DNA of 21,710 bases. Source: Paecilomyces variotii. Its lineage: Eukaryota. The notes under the pieces are model-generated. The model worked only from the letters and a program-made list of their open reading frames with translations, searched no databases and had not been told where the DNA came from. A program made the translations under genes and the position numbers. The stretch lies in NCBI GenBank assembly GCA_004022145.1, contig RCNU01000042.1. One strand, written 5' to 3'. Of this stretch, positions 10,181 to 21,710 are shown in pieces; the stretch's first letter is position 1, and each line of letters begins with the position of its first letter.

Positions 10181-11692
10181 GCTAATATAAAGCTAAGAAA
10201 TATTATTATTTTATCTCTAAATACTTAAAAATAGCTAAGAATTAAATAACTATAATTAATAGCTAAATTAATAGCATTTTTAATTAATAGCTATATAATA
10301 TTCTTATTTAAATATATTTAATATAACTTTTACTAAGGCTAAGTAAATGCTAAATATATATTTAATATTAATTATATTTAAACTAAATGCTAACTCTTTA
10401 TAAAGTAAACTTATATAAAACTATAATCTTTATAAAGTATACTTAAACTAGTTTAAGGATATAATAAATAATTAAAGTAGTATTAATTCTTATATATAAA
10501 GTAAAGATAAAAAATTTAAGATATATCTTAAATTCTCTCTTTATATAGAACTTAATTAAATATATTTTTTTTATAAGTTCTAGTAAGATATATGCTAAAT
10601 ATATTTAAAAGATTATTTCTCTTATAAATATTATTATTAGCTATAATAATATCTTTAAGATTATAGTTAATAATATTTAAAATAAATTATTTATTTTTAA
10701 ATATCTAATAACTTATTTTAATAGTATCTTATATTTTATTTATTAAAAGAATTCTTTACTTTATAACTATTTTAATATAAATATTTATTAAATATTTTAA
10801 CAATTTATATTAAAGGTATATTTATACTTTATCTTAAGTAAATATTTAAGATATTATAAGCATATACTAAATATAGCTTAGATCTAGTTTAAGCTTTATA
10901 CTTAAGGTAATTATAAGACTTTATCTCTTCTATTTTTTTAAAAGGATAAAAAAGATAAAATTTAAAATAAGATATATTATTAAGTATTTAAATGCAGCAG
11001 TATTAAACATTGTAAATATATGCTAAAGCATATGCTTAGATAATACTATAAATATAACTATATTAAATTAAGTATTTTTAAAATGCTTTATAAAAAAGTA
11101 AGTTATATATTTAATATTACTTTTATTAATAAACTTTTTAAAAAAGAAACTAAAAATTAATATAATAAATTTCTTATTTTTAAAATTAATAATTAATAAG
11201 GTATTATTTTTATTTAAAAAATAAAATATAAGTATACTTAAATTAAACTTTAATAATCTTTAAATAATATAAAATAAGTTTAACTCTCTATTTAATCTTA
11301 GTATATGCTAAATATATTCTTAGCTACTAGTTACCTTTATTAGTTACTTATTAGTAAATAATTTTAAATTATAGTATATTATATAAGCTATCTCTATATA
11401 TAGCTTAAATTTATATACTTTATTTATATATTTTAGTAGCTTATAAGATATATAGTACTAATATTCTTATTTAATTTATTTATACTTATATTAATTATAT
11501 TATTTTAAGGTATATAACTTGCAGTAGGTATTTACTCTATATATACTAAGTATATATTAATTATAAGTCTAGGATTTAATTATTCTTAAAGTATATTTAA
11601 AGTCTTATATAAAAAATATAATACTTTAATTAATATTTTTATTCCTTATAATTAAGATTATTTTCTTTTTATTCTTCTTATTTATTAAGAAG

Positions 11693-11980
11693 TATTATAG
11701 TATTAGCCTAGGAAAATCCGCTAGCTAATACTTATATAAGTTAGAAGAGTAAGACTTAACTCTTCTAGATTATATAAGAAATTATATAACCTTATAAAGG
11801 ATATCTTTAGCGTATAGCTTAATCTAGATTTAAGCTTTTTAAGCTATATTTTATTTACTAAGCCTATTTATAATAGCCTATTTTAGTCTAAATTAATTAA
11901 ATAGAGATTTTATAGCTAGTCTTAGTATTAATTACTTATTCTATTTATTTTAACTTACTCTCTAAGCCTGTACCTTAATA
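11693..11980 (+). repeat. 5' LTR of element 2
   Basis: Ungapped direct repeat of 17949-18236; ends tattata...ttaata are RIP forms of TG...CA. Confidence 0.96.
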
Positions 11981-14900
11981 CTATGTAGCTCTTATCTAGA
12001 AGTTAATACTATTAATAATATTTACCCTAATTCTCTTATTTTTGCTAATTATTTTAGAAGAGTTTATTAAGTATATTACTACTAGTTATAGGCTAAAATA
12101 ATATAATTATTATTACTTAGTATATAAATATATTGCTAAGGCTAAGTTATTAATAAATAAAGCTAGCTAATATATTAAATAAATTAAGATAAAATTTTAA
12201 AAACTTTAATAAGAGTTTATAGCTATATAATAAAGACTTAAATAAGAAAATATTAATCTTAAGGCTATTTAATAATATTAAAAGGTATAGCTTAATAAAA
12301 AAGAATAGTAATATATTTAAGCTATTTTTAAAAAGGATTAAGCTTATTATATAGCTATTTCTACTATAAATATATTTATATTTATATTTAAATCTAAGCC
12401 TAATATTAAGAGATCTGCAGTTACTTTAATAAGAGTATTTAAAATATTTATTATTATATCTTTTTCCGCCCCTAAATTTTTAAAAAGACTTCTTAACTTA
12501 AATAAGTTTAAAGATAACTAAAAGAACTTTTAGTACTTTATAATCTAGATTTAAAAAAATAATAATTAATTAAAACTAATTTCTAATCTTTTAAAGCTAT
12601 ATAGCCTATATAACTAATTACTTAAAAGATATATCTTATACTTAAATATTACTATATATTAGAAATAAAATCTATATTCTTAATAATTACTAAAAGATTT
12701 TAAATATCTTAAAATATATATTTAATAATCCTAATTATATAAATAATATATATAATAAATTATTTAACCTTTATTAGATTAATAAGAAATTTAAAATCTT
12801 TTTTATTAAGTTTTAGCGCTTAGCGCTAAAAGGAGAAATACTTAAAAAAATATTATTTACCTTATTTAAGTAAGCTATTAGCTAAGAACTCTAGGATATA
12901 TTATTATATAGCTAGCCTCTAAGTTATAAATATTATTAATTTATTAAGTTCTTATAAGACTTTAAGAACTATTACTACTAATATATTATAAATTAGCCTT
13001 TTATTATAAAGACTTATACTACTATTTTAAGACTTACTTAATATATTTAATCTCCTTTATTTATTTTAAATCCTATTTTAGCTATAAAATATAATAATTA
13101 GCCCTAGAGAAGCTTTATATAAAAAAATAAACTAGCCTTAGTATAGCTATATAATTTAATAAACCTAAGTACTTCTAGACGCTTAAGTAAGAAAAAATAT
13201 AGCTTATTATATTATAAAACTAGCGCTTACTTTTAATATAGCTTCCTAGAATATTATATTAAAGATTATCTGCATTTAAATAACTGCTAGAAGATTTAAG
13301 CTATAGCTATATATAAACCTTACCCTTAGATTTCTTAGATAATCTAGTTCTTAGACTTATATAATCTATTCCTTAGCTAATTTTTAATAAAAGAAATAAG
13401 CCTAAAATAAGTTATAGCTAGGCTTAAAAACTATATATTATTTAAATCTCTATTACTGCTATTTATAGAATTAATTTTAAAGAATATTTATAATAATTAA
13501 AATTAATAATATTATTTATAATATTAGAAAAGAAGAAGAAGAAGATTTACTTATTAATTTATACTCTACTTAATATTAGAGTTAAAAGATAAAGATTTAT
13601 AGATTAAGAATAGGCTAAAGATTAGAAATTAAAGCTTATTCTCCTAAAAAGCCTAATTATTTTATATATATTTAATAAAAGAGAATTAGAGAATAGGAAG
13701 ATTATATATTATATTTAAATAAATATAAGAATTAAGAATTACTTTAAAAAGAATGCTAAGTTTTATATTATTTAACTAGTATATTACCTTATTATTTTAA
13801 GACTCTTCTAGTTAAAGTACTATAACTTATACTTATAATTTATTATCTATAATATTACTTTTAATAATAATTATTATTAAAAAAATTATAATATATTTTG
13901 AAAGCTAATTAAAATATCTACCCTATATAATATTTTTCTACAAACTTTATCTTAATATTTATTTCTAAGACTTAAAGGATTAAAAAAGAGAAATATAGCT
14001 TTTATTTCTCTAACTGCTTATTCTATCTATATTTAAAAAAATATTTAAATATTTATAATTATCTTAAAGAACTTAGATATTACTTTAAGAATTAAATAAG
14101 TTTAAAAAGAAGACTTTACTCGCCTATTACTTAAAAAATTTAAAAATTATATTAATATCTTTTCTTCTAAAGAGATTAAGTATCTATTATTATATTATTT
14201 TTATAATTATAATATTAAGCTATTAGAGAGAAAGTTACTCCCCTTTAAACTCCTATATATTATATCTTAAGATAAATTAAAGATCTTAAAAAAATAGATT
14301 AAAAAAAACTTAAAAAAGGGATTTATCTGCCTAAGCTTATTACCTATTATATTCTTAATTCTATTTATTAAGAAGCTTAGTAAAAGAATATAAATCTATA
14401 TAGATTATTAAGCCCTAAATATAATAATTATTAAAGACTAATATTCTCTACCTTTAATTAAGAAGACTTTAAATAATTTAAAAGGAATAAAATATTCTAT
14501 AAAAATTAATATTATTTCTATATTTAATAATCTTTATATTAAAAAAAAATAAAAATACTTAATTACTTTCTATACTTAACTTAGCCTATTTAAATTATTA
14601 ATAATACTATTTAGCTTAATAGAAGTATTAATAATATTCTAATAGTTTATTAATAATATTCTATAAGATTACCTTAATATCTTTTATACTATATATCTTA
14701 ATAATATCTTAATATATAATATAACCTATTCTAAATATATTTAATATATCTATATTATTTTATAGAAGCTATATAAAATAGGCTTATATATAAAGATTTA
14801 AAAGTATAAGTTTATTATCTTTAAGATTAAGTTTTTAAGTATTATTATTAGCTAAGACTATATTAAGATAAACTTAAATAAGATAAAAATAATTATTAAA

Positions 14901-15786
14901 TAGAAGACCTTAATTTATATAATTTATATAATTAATATATAAATCTTTATTAAGTTTAGTAACTTTTATTATTAGTTTATTTATAACTTTTCTAAGATAA
15001 TTATATTGCTTATAAACTTAATCTAGAAGAGAGTTTTCTTTAATTAAATACCTACTTATTAATCTAGTTTTAAAGCTTTAAAAAAAATATTTATTTAAGC
15101 CTTAATTTTAAAGCTATTTAATTAAACTTATAAAGTTATAATTAAAACTAACTTATTTAATTATATATTAGCTAAAGTTATATCTTAATATAATAATAAA
15201 AAAATCTTATATCTTATTATATTTTTTTTAAAAAAGCTTTTTATTATAAAATATAATTATAAGATTTATAATAAAGAACTATTAATAATTATTTATTGCT
15301 TTAAGAAGTAGCGCCCTAAGCTTAAAGATATACTATTATTAATTAAAGTTATTACAGACTATTATAATTTAAAATATTTTATATTAATTAAGCTATTAAA
15401 CTAATAATAAGCTTATTAGTCTAAGTTCTTATCTTAATTTAACTTCTAAATTATATATTATCTTAAAAAATAAAGAATAAAATCTAATACCTTAATTAAG
15501 AGATTAGAAGATCTTTTTAAAAAGAGAAATAAACAGCTATAATATTAGAGCTAAATAATCTTAAAGAAAGAGAACCTTAACCTATAAATTTAGAGATTCT
15601 TAAAACTAGAAGTTATTATTAGGAGTTAAATAGTAAGGTATATTTACTTTACTAACCTAATAGCTTAAAAGATTAGAAATCTTATTAAATCTATAAGAAT
15701 ACTTACTTAATTTATTTTAAAAAGTTAAATTATTTAATTTAGAGAATCTATTTAGTTTATTTTATTACTTAATTAATTTATTAAGA

Positions 15787-15870
15787 TTATTTAATCTATT
15801 AAAAGAATAATTTAGCCTATTAAAGAAGCTATTTAGCTTATTAAAGAAGTAGCCTCGCCTATTAAGTAAA
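15787..15870 (+). repeat. Four degenerate 21-bp tandem repeats in the RNase H-integrase linker of element 2
   Basis: ttatttaatctattaaaagaa / taatttagcctattaaagaag / ctatttagcttattaaagaag / tagcctcgcctattaagtaaa. Confidence 0.75.
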
Positions 15871-17302
15871 ATTAGCTAAGTTCTCCTGCTATATTTAATA
15901 AACTAGAATATTTATTTAATATTAAAGATTTATTAAATATAACTTATCTATTTAATAATTTAATATAGTTTATTCTATAAGCCTTAGACTATAAAGCTAA
16001 TTATTATCTTAAGATTATATTAGCTAATTATTAATAAAGAGGAAGATATTTATATTATAAAGACTACTTATATATTTTTAATTATAATAAGCTAAGAGCT
16101 TACTTATTATAAAAATACTATAATAAGTATATATTTAAATACTTTAAAAAATATAAGCTTTATAACTTAATCTTATAAGAGTACTATTAGTTAAATATAT
16201 ACTAATATATAAATTATTAGACTTAGAATTACTATATTTATTATTATATTATATTCTTAAATAAAGGCTATACTAGCTTCTTATCTCTAAATATTCTTAG
16301 TAAAATATCTTAATAGATTTTATTACTAGACTTATACTTTATTAAAGTTATAATATTATATTAATTACTATAGACTAACTTATAAAGATAAGATACTTTA
16401 TTTCTTACTAAGCTATTTATAATATTAAAGAAGTAGTATAATTATATATCTGCTATATATAAAAGCTTTATAAATTATTAAAGATTATAGTATTTAACTA
16501 AGGCTTTTAATTTATTACTACTTTCTAGAAATACTTAATTTAATATTTAAATATTATAAACTTATTATTTATTACTTATTACTCTAAGATTAATAATTAG
16601 ACTAAGAGAATAAATGCTATTTTAAAATAATATTTATACGCCTATATTAGCTATTTATAAGATAATTAGATTAACTAGTTATTTTTAGCTAAATTTATAT
16701 TAAACTTCTACTATTTTAAGATTATTAAAGTATTATTTTTTTTTACTAACTATAGGTTTTATTTATATATAGGATTTAAGCCTATTTAGCCTATAAACTA
16801 GCCTGCTATTAGAGATATTAAAGCCTTTATTAAAAAAATATAAGATATTATAAATTATATCTATACTTAAATTTATATTGCTTAAGCCTATTATAAAGAG
16901 TAAATTAACTATTATTAAACCTTAGCTTATTATTATTATATAGAATAATCTATTTAATTAAATACTTAGAATATTTATATTTAATATCTTTAAAAGAAAT
17001 TTAATTAAAAGAATCTTAATTTATTCTATATTATTAAGATTATTAACCTATATACTTACTAGCTAGACTTACTTACCTTAATATATATTTATTTTATATT
17101 TAATATTAGCCTGCTCTATTCTATTACTAAAGACTTTATATTTAAATAGAGATAATTTTCGCTATTACTTATTAAAGTTAATAGCCTTAAGAAATAAGTT
17201 ATTAAAGATATTTTAAACTTCTAATAGAAATATTAAGATTATAAAAGGCTTTAATTATAATATATTATTAAGTAATTAGGTTATAATAATTTAATTAAGA
17301 AG

Positions 17303-17822
17303 CGGGCCTACACCTCGGCCCAGCCGGGGGCGAGCTCAGCCCACCCTAGAAGCTCAGCCCACCCGAGTATTTTTACCATTTTTTAAGTGGGCCGAGCTTT
17401 TAAACTAAAAACTTCAAGAATTTATTAAAAGTCGAAACCTAAAGATATTTCACTCGAAATTAAATATTTATATAGGTTATAACCTATATCTTATATATAT
17501 AAAAAAAGAAAAATTAAATATCTAAAAATCGATTTTTAAGAATTAAAAAACCAAGAAAGATTTGTAATTTTCGAATTTCTATGTGTAATTTACTAACTCT
17601 TGCCCTAGCGTACCCAATTAAAATCCTAAAATCCTAATTTTAATATATAATGTAGACTAAAATATAAATTATTTTATAATATTTTTTATATATTTCTACT
17701 ATGCCTAAATAGGCTAGGAAAAATCAAAGTTTCTTGGGGTGCGCCGAGATCCCAAATACTTGGGTGGTATGAGCTTTTAGGGTGGGCTGAGCTCGTCCCC
17801 GGCTGGGCTGAGCTACATCCCG
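17303..17822. mobile_element. 520-bp non-autonomous Mutator-like element (MITE) inserted in the chromodomain of element 2
   Basis: Perfect 9-bp TSD ATTAAGAAG (17294-17302, 17823-17831); ~70-bp imperfect GC-rich TIRs (17303-17372 and 17754-17822), CGGG...CCCG ends; no ORF. Removing it rejoins the chromodomain reading ..KWSGYDDPTEE|PAYYL.. Confidence 0.95.
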
Positions 17823-17948
17823 ATTAAGAAGCTTATATATTATCTATAGTATATTTAAAAGATTATTACTAACTTTTATTACCGCTATTTAAATAAGTTA
17901 AAACTAAAAGATAGTTTTAATAAAGCTTAATCTTAAGAAAGAGAATAT

Positions 17949-18236
17949 TATTATAATATTAGCCTAAGAAGATTTACTAGCTAATATTTATATAAGTTAA
18001 AAGAGTAAGACTTAACTCTTTTAAATTATATAAAGAATTATATAATCTTATAAAGAATATCTTTAGTATATAGCTTAATCTAGATTTAAGCTTTTTAAAC
18101 TATATTTTATTTACTAAGTTTACTTATAATAGCCTATTTTAATTTAAATTAGCTAAATAGAGATTCTATAGCTAGTCCTAATATTAACTACTTATTTTAT
18201 TTATTTTAACTTACTCTTTAAGCCTGCACCTTAATA
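17949..18236 (+). repeat. 3' LTR of element 2
   Basis: Direct repeat of 11693-11980, preceded by a purine tract and followed by TSD AGAAG. Confidence 0.96.
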
Positions 18237-19754
18237 AGAAGATTATATATATTTTCCTCTATTACTAACTAAGTTAAGTTAAGATTTTATTTAAGAACTT
18301 ATAGATTTAATTAACTAAAGGAATATTCTTACTATAACTATATATATATTATATATACTTTAAATCTATACCTTATATATACTAACTAAATACTTATAAA
18401 TAAATTTTTAATATTTCTAGAAGTATATGTATTTAAATAAAAATATTAAGGTTAAGCTTTAAATTTAATTAGAGCTTCTTTAAATATTAAGAATAAAATT
18501 ACTTATTTAATTTAAAAATAAGAACTTATATAATATTTATTTAGTTTAAATATTACTAGTTAGAATTTATTCTTACTATATATTTTATATATATTAATAT
18601 TATATAGAGGTTATATAAGAGTATAAGTTTAACTAATATAAAAAAAATAATAAATAATAAATTTACGCAGTTAATATTAATAAAATTAGAGAATATATTA
18701 TTATTTATTATATAAATACTTAAGTAAAAGTATTTATAAAAGCTAAATACTTTAAAATAAATTTAGCTTATAAAATAGTACTTAGAAATTTAAATATCTT
18801 TTTAATCTTAAGCTAGAATTTTAAAGCTAAATATATATTTAACTTATTTATTATAAAATAGCAGTTAGAACTAGTAAGTATTATAGGGAATTATATAACT
18901 TTATTATATAGTAAGGAAATAAATATTTTAAGATAATTTATAATAAGAAAATAATAATAATAATAATTATAGTTTTACTTCTTATATTTATTCTTTTAAG
19001 TTATTTTTCTAGATTTAGAAGAAATAAGTCTTACTATAATTAAATCTATTTCTTTTAACTAGTTATAAGCTTAGGTTTATAATAACTTAGGAGAAATTAA
19101 GTAATATAAAACTCTTTACTTAAAGCTATAAGATTTAAAATAATAATAATAAGCTACTCTTATATAAGAGGACTTATAATAAGATTACTCTAGTATTTTA
19201 AGATTAAGTATTAAATCTAATAAGAATTAAAACCTATTAAAGGTTAGAAAATTAACTTACTATAAAAATATTATTAATAAAAAATATTAATAATTAAAAG
19301 AGAAAACTTACTTTTATCTTTTTAAAAGAGAATTATAAGAAGTAATTTTCTTATATAAGGAAATAGCTTATTAATAAGAACTGTTAAAAAGCTATTAAAT
19401 TAAATAAAAATCTATATAAAGCTATATATAATAAAACTAATATAACTATATAATACTAGATTACTAAATACTTATCTAAAGATAATTAAAATAGATTTAT
19501 TAACTTCTTTAATATAAAAGTATTATAAAAGGCCCTATAAATAAAATATTAAAAAACCCTTTTTACTTAAAGATATTAGTTTATTTAATTATATATATAT
19601 TTTTAAATAACTCTTAAATAAATAATCTTAAATATTTAGAGGTAATTATAATAAATAAGAAAGAGAATTATAATATTTAATAATATAATATTTTTTTTAG
19701 CTAAATTAAAAGTTAAAATATAATAATTACTCTTAATATTATTTAAAGAATATA

Positions 19755-21710
19755 TATTATAAAGAAGACTCGCGGGCTTACTGCCTTTAGGGCTTATCGC
19801 TTTATTTTACTAGTTATATTATATATATTAGTAACCCTACTTCTCGCGGGACTTAATAGAATTTAACCTTCTTATACTTTTATAATGCTAATAATTTAGT
19901 AGTATATTTAGTCTATTTAAGGCTTAACTAGAACTAGAACTAGAGAACTATTTCTAGTTTATTTAAGCCTTAAATATTATTTTACTTAAGATACTATCTA
20001 AGGGCCTAGCCTATAGTATTAGATTTAGGCTATATTATATCTTTTTACTTCAGATATTTACTTAAATTTTTACTTAAAGATAAGTATTTAAGGGCGAAAA
20101 GTAAAGACTTATATAAACTTAAAAGTAGCAGTTCTAATAGCTTAAGAGAAAACTCAGATAGCTTTAATAAAAAAAAAGATAGTTCTAATAAATATTTTAC
20201 AGATAAGGGGCTTAAATAGCTCTCTTCTAGAAAAAAAGAACTTTATTAAAGGGAAGAGAGCTATTTAATAGAGGAGAGAGGGTTTTTAATAGAGAAGAAA
20301 AGGCGCTTAATAGAAGAAAATAATACTTAACTATCTATATATAATAATAACGCCCTTAAATATATATACCTTAATAGATTTATAAGCTTAACTATTCTTT
20401 TATATTTAAGAATATTAATATATTCCTTTTACTAGAATAAGAAAGTAAAGTTACTTAATAAATCTCTTACTATTTTATAGAAAGTACTTATTATTTAATT
20501 AAGAGTTAATTAGTTAATTATTTATTCTATAAGGTAGAAGAAAATACTTATTCTTAATAGTTTTTCTCTTAAGGATATTATATTTATTATAAAGAGGGCT
20601 AATATTAAAAGTAATCTTAAAGTAAAGTAAAAGGTAATAATAAAATTAATAAGTAATAGAATATTCTAGGGAAACTAATCTTTATAACTTAATATTCTAC
20701 TATTATTCTGCCTAAAGGCAATAAATTAAAATACTATTAAAATAAGAGAGAGTAAGAGAGAGAATAAATAAATTACTGCTATTACTATATTTTAATCTAA
20801 TATAGTATACTATTAAACTATAGTATATTATTATAACTATTAAAATTCTATAAACTAGAATTAAATAAAGTAAGCTAGCTCTTAAAATAATCTAATAACT
20901 TAAACTTAAATAATATATATTAAATAAAATAACTATATTTAATAAGCTAGATATTATAAACTATTTATAAAAAATCCTTAATAAATATAATATTTAAGAA
21001 GATTATAGTTTTATAAATATATTAAAGAATTAATAAATAAAGATATTACTTAAAGAAGGCTAAGAAAGATATTTACTATACTATAGTAAGGTTTATTCTT
21101 TTAATCTTAAAAATAAAGAAGTTATTAATTAAATTTTTAATAAACTCTATAAATAAGGATAAATATCTTAAATAAAAGGATATATACTTAATAAATATTT
21201 TATATTTATTATTTAGAAGATAATTAAGAAGAATAGTATTTAAATATATAAAGAATATATTATAGTTAATATTAGACTATTAAACTATAAAATAGAACTA
21301 GATATTTATTTAATTTTAATTTAAGATAATATTCTTATAATAATTAAAGAATATATATATATTTCTATCTTTAATATTATCTTGTTTTTTACTAATAGTA
21401 AGTCTTTCCCTTATATTAATTAAAGCTAGCTGTTATAATATATTATAGCTAAAAAATCTTTAATATTATAGTAATAGAATTCTATAATATACTTACTTAT
21501 ATATAACGGCTAATAAATTTCTATTTAAGAAAGCTCTATAAATTTATATAAATCTATATTAATAATCTTATTATCGCCTCTTAAATACTGAAATAATATA
21601 AAGAATATTTATATTTTATTTTTTCTATCTTATAAGATTTAAATATTACTCTAAATTTAAAAAAGTTATTTATTAAATTTCTGTCTATAACTCTATTAAG
21701 CAGATATATT
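19755..21710 (+). mobile_element. RIP-inactivated Ty3/Gypsy-type retrotransposon of a different lineage (element 3); runs off the window; left boundary uncertain
   Basis: De-RIP translation of ~21088-21580: KVYPLDPKDKEVIDQTFDKLHEQGRMSW..YPVFVVWK..KGRVVVDIRPLN..DVYPIPTQDDIL..FDAISFFYQWRV..THRGQEIFNVAVMGFCNAPAYVQRLMD..YIDD (21555-21566). RT call is firm. Candidate short LTR 19755-19893 followed by PBS-like tttagtag is tentative. Confidence 0.85.

Larger units (their letters stand above)
11693..18236 (+). mobile_element. Full-length RIP-inactivated Ty3/Gypsy chromovirus (element 2; ~6.0 kb without the MITE)
   Basis: Two 288-bp LTRs; 5-bp TSD AGAAG at 11688-11692 and 18237-18241. De-RIP motifs: gag knuckle CFRCGSPEHYVKDC 13228-13269; RT YLDDILIY from 14694; RNase H ETDSSDY ~15144-15164 and NYEIYDKELLAII ~15255-15293; integrase ISMDFVTGL ~16307-16333 and YHPETDGQTER ~16577-16609; chromodomain ~17190-17900; purine tract ~17935-17945. 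Confidence 0.96.
9947..19500 (+). mobile_element. RIP-inactivated Mutator-like (MULE-related) DNA transposon with intron-rich transposase gene, split by Gypsy element 2; right end not found, end coordinate approximate
   Basis: Left terminus 9948-10007 aligns without gaps to the MITE TIR 17304-17363. De-RIP translation is continuous across the Gypsy insertion: FILLICQG(11668-11691)|DHTHFPPPPTKL(18241-). Further motifs: FEYPMTHPDG ~10696-10725, ASLNIEDKITYLIQK..YPFGSDIAG ~18474-18560, FEMDLAYKMV 18751-18780 (resembles first catalytic Asp motif of MULE-like DDE transposases). Superfamily call rests on these motifs and the related MITE's 9-bp TSD. Confidence 0.7.

Noticed and set aside
1..21710. 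AT-rich DNA as mitochondrial, AT-rich bacterial or CRISPR-containing sequence
   Set aside because: No long ORFs in the AT-rich parts and no repeat-spacer array. Transition-only decay of retroelement motifs and spliceosomal introns indicate RIP-affected fungal nuclear DNA.

Overview
Filamentous-ascomycete (Pezizomycotina-type) DNA. About 85% of the window is AT-rich transposon relics with the repeat-induced point mutation (RIP) signature (C>T/G>A, TpA excess). The relics surround a ~3 kb GC-balanced gene island (~6025-9000). By manual splicing the island holds: (i) an intact 4-exon, 316-aa minus-strand gene with deaminase-superfamily zinc motifs (C-A-E ... P-C-P-N-C), only partly shown in the ORF track; (ii) a co-oriented 2-exon, 108-aa gene just upstream whose C-terminal pattern resembles SUKH/US22-type immunity proteins; (iii) a divergent, decayed Zn(II)2Cys6 transcription-factor gene. 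The best candidate for a new system is genes i+ii as a toxin-antidote-like pair (inference, untested). Left of the island is the 3' part of a RIP-mutated Ty3/Gypsy chromovirus. To the right is a nest: a RIP-mutated Mutator-like transposon, interrupted by a full-length Gypsy element (288-bp LTRs, AGAAG TSD), itself interrupted by an unmutated 520-bp MITE (9-bp TSD) sharing the Mutator-like element's terminal repeat. A third, different Gypsy relic runs off the right edge. Protein motifs in RIP regions were read by eye after reverting transitions, so they are reconstructions.
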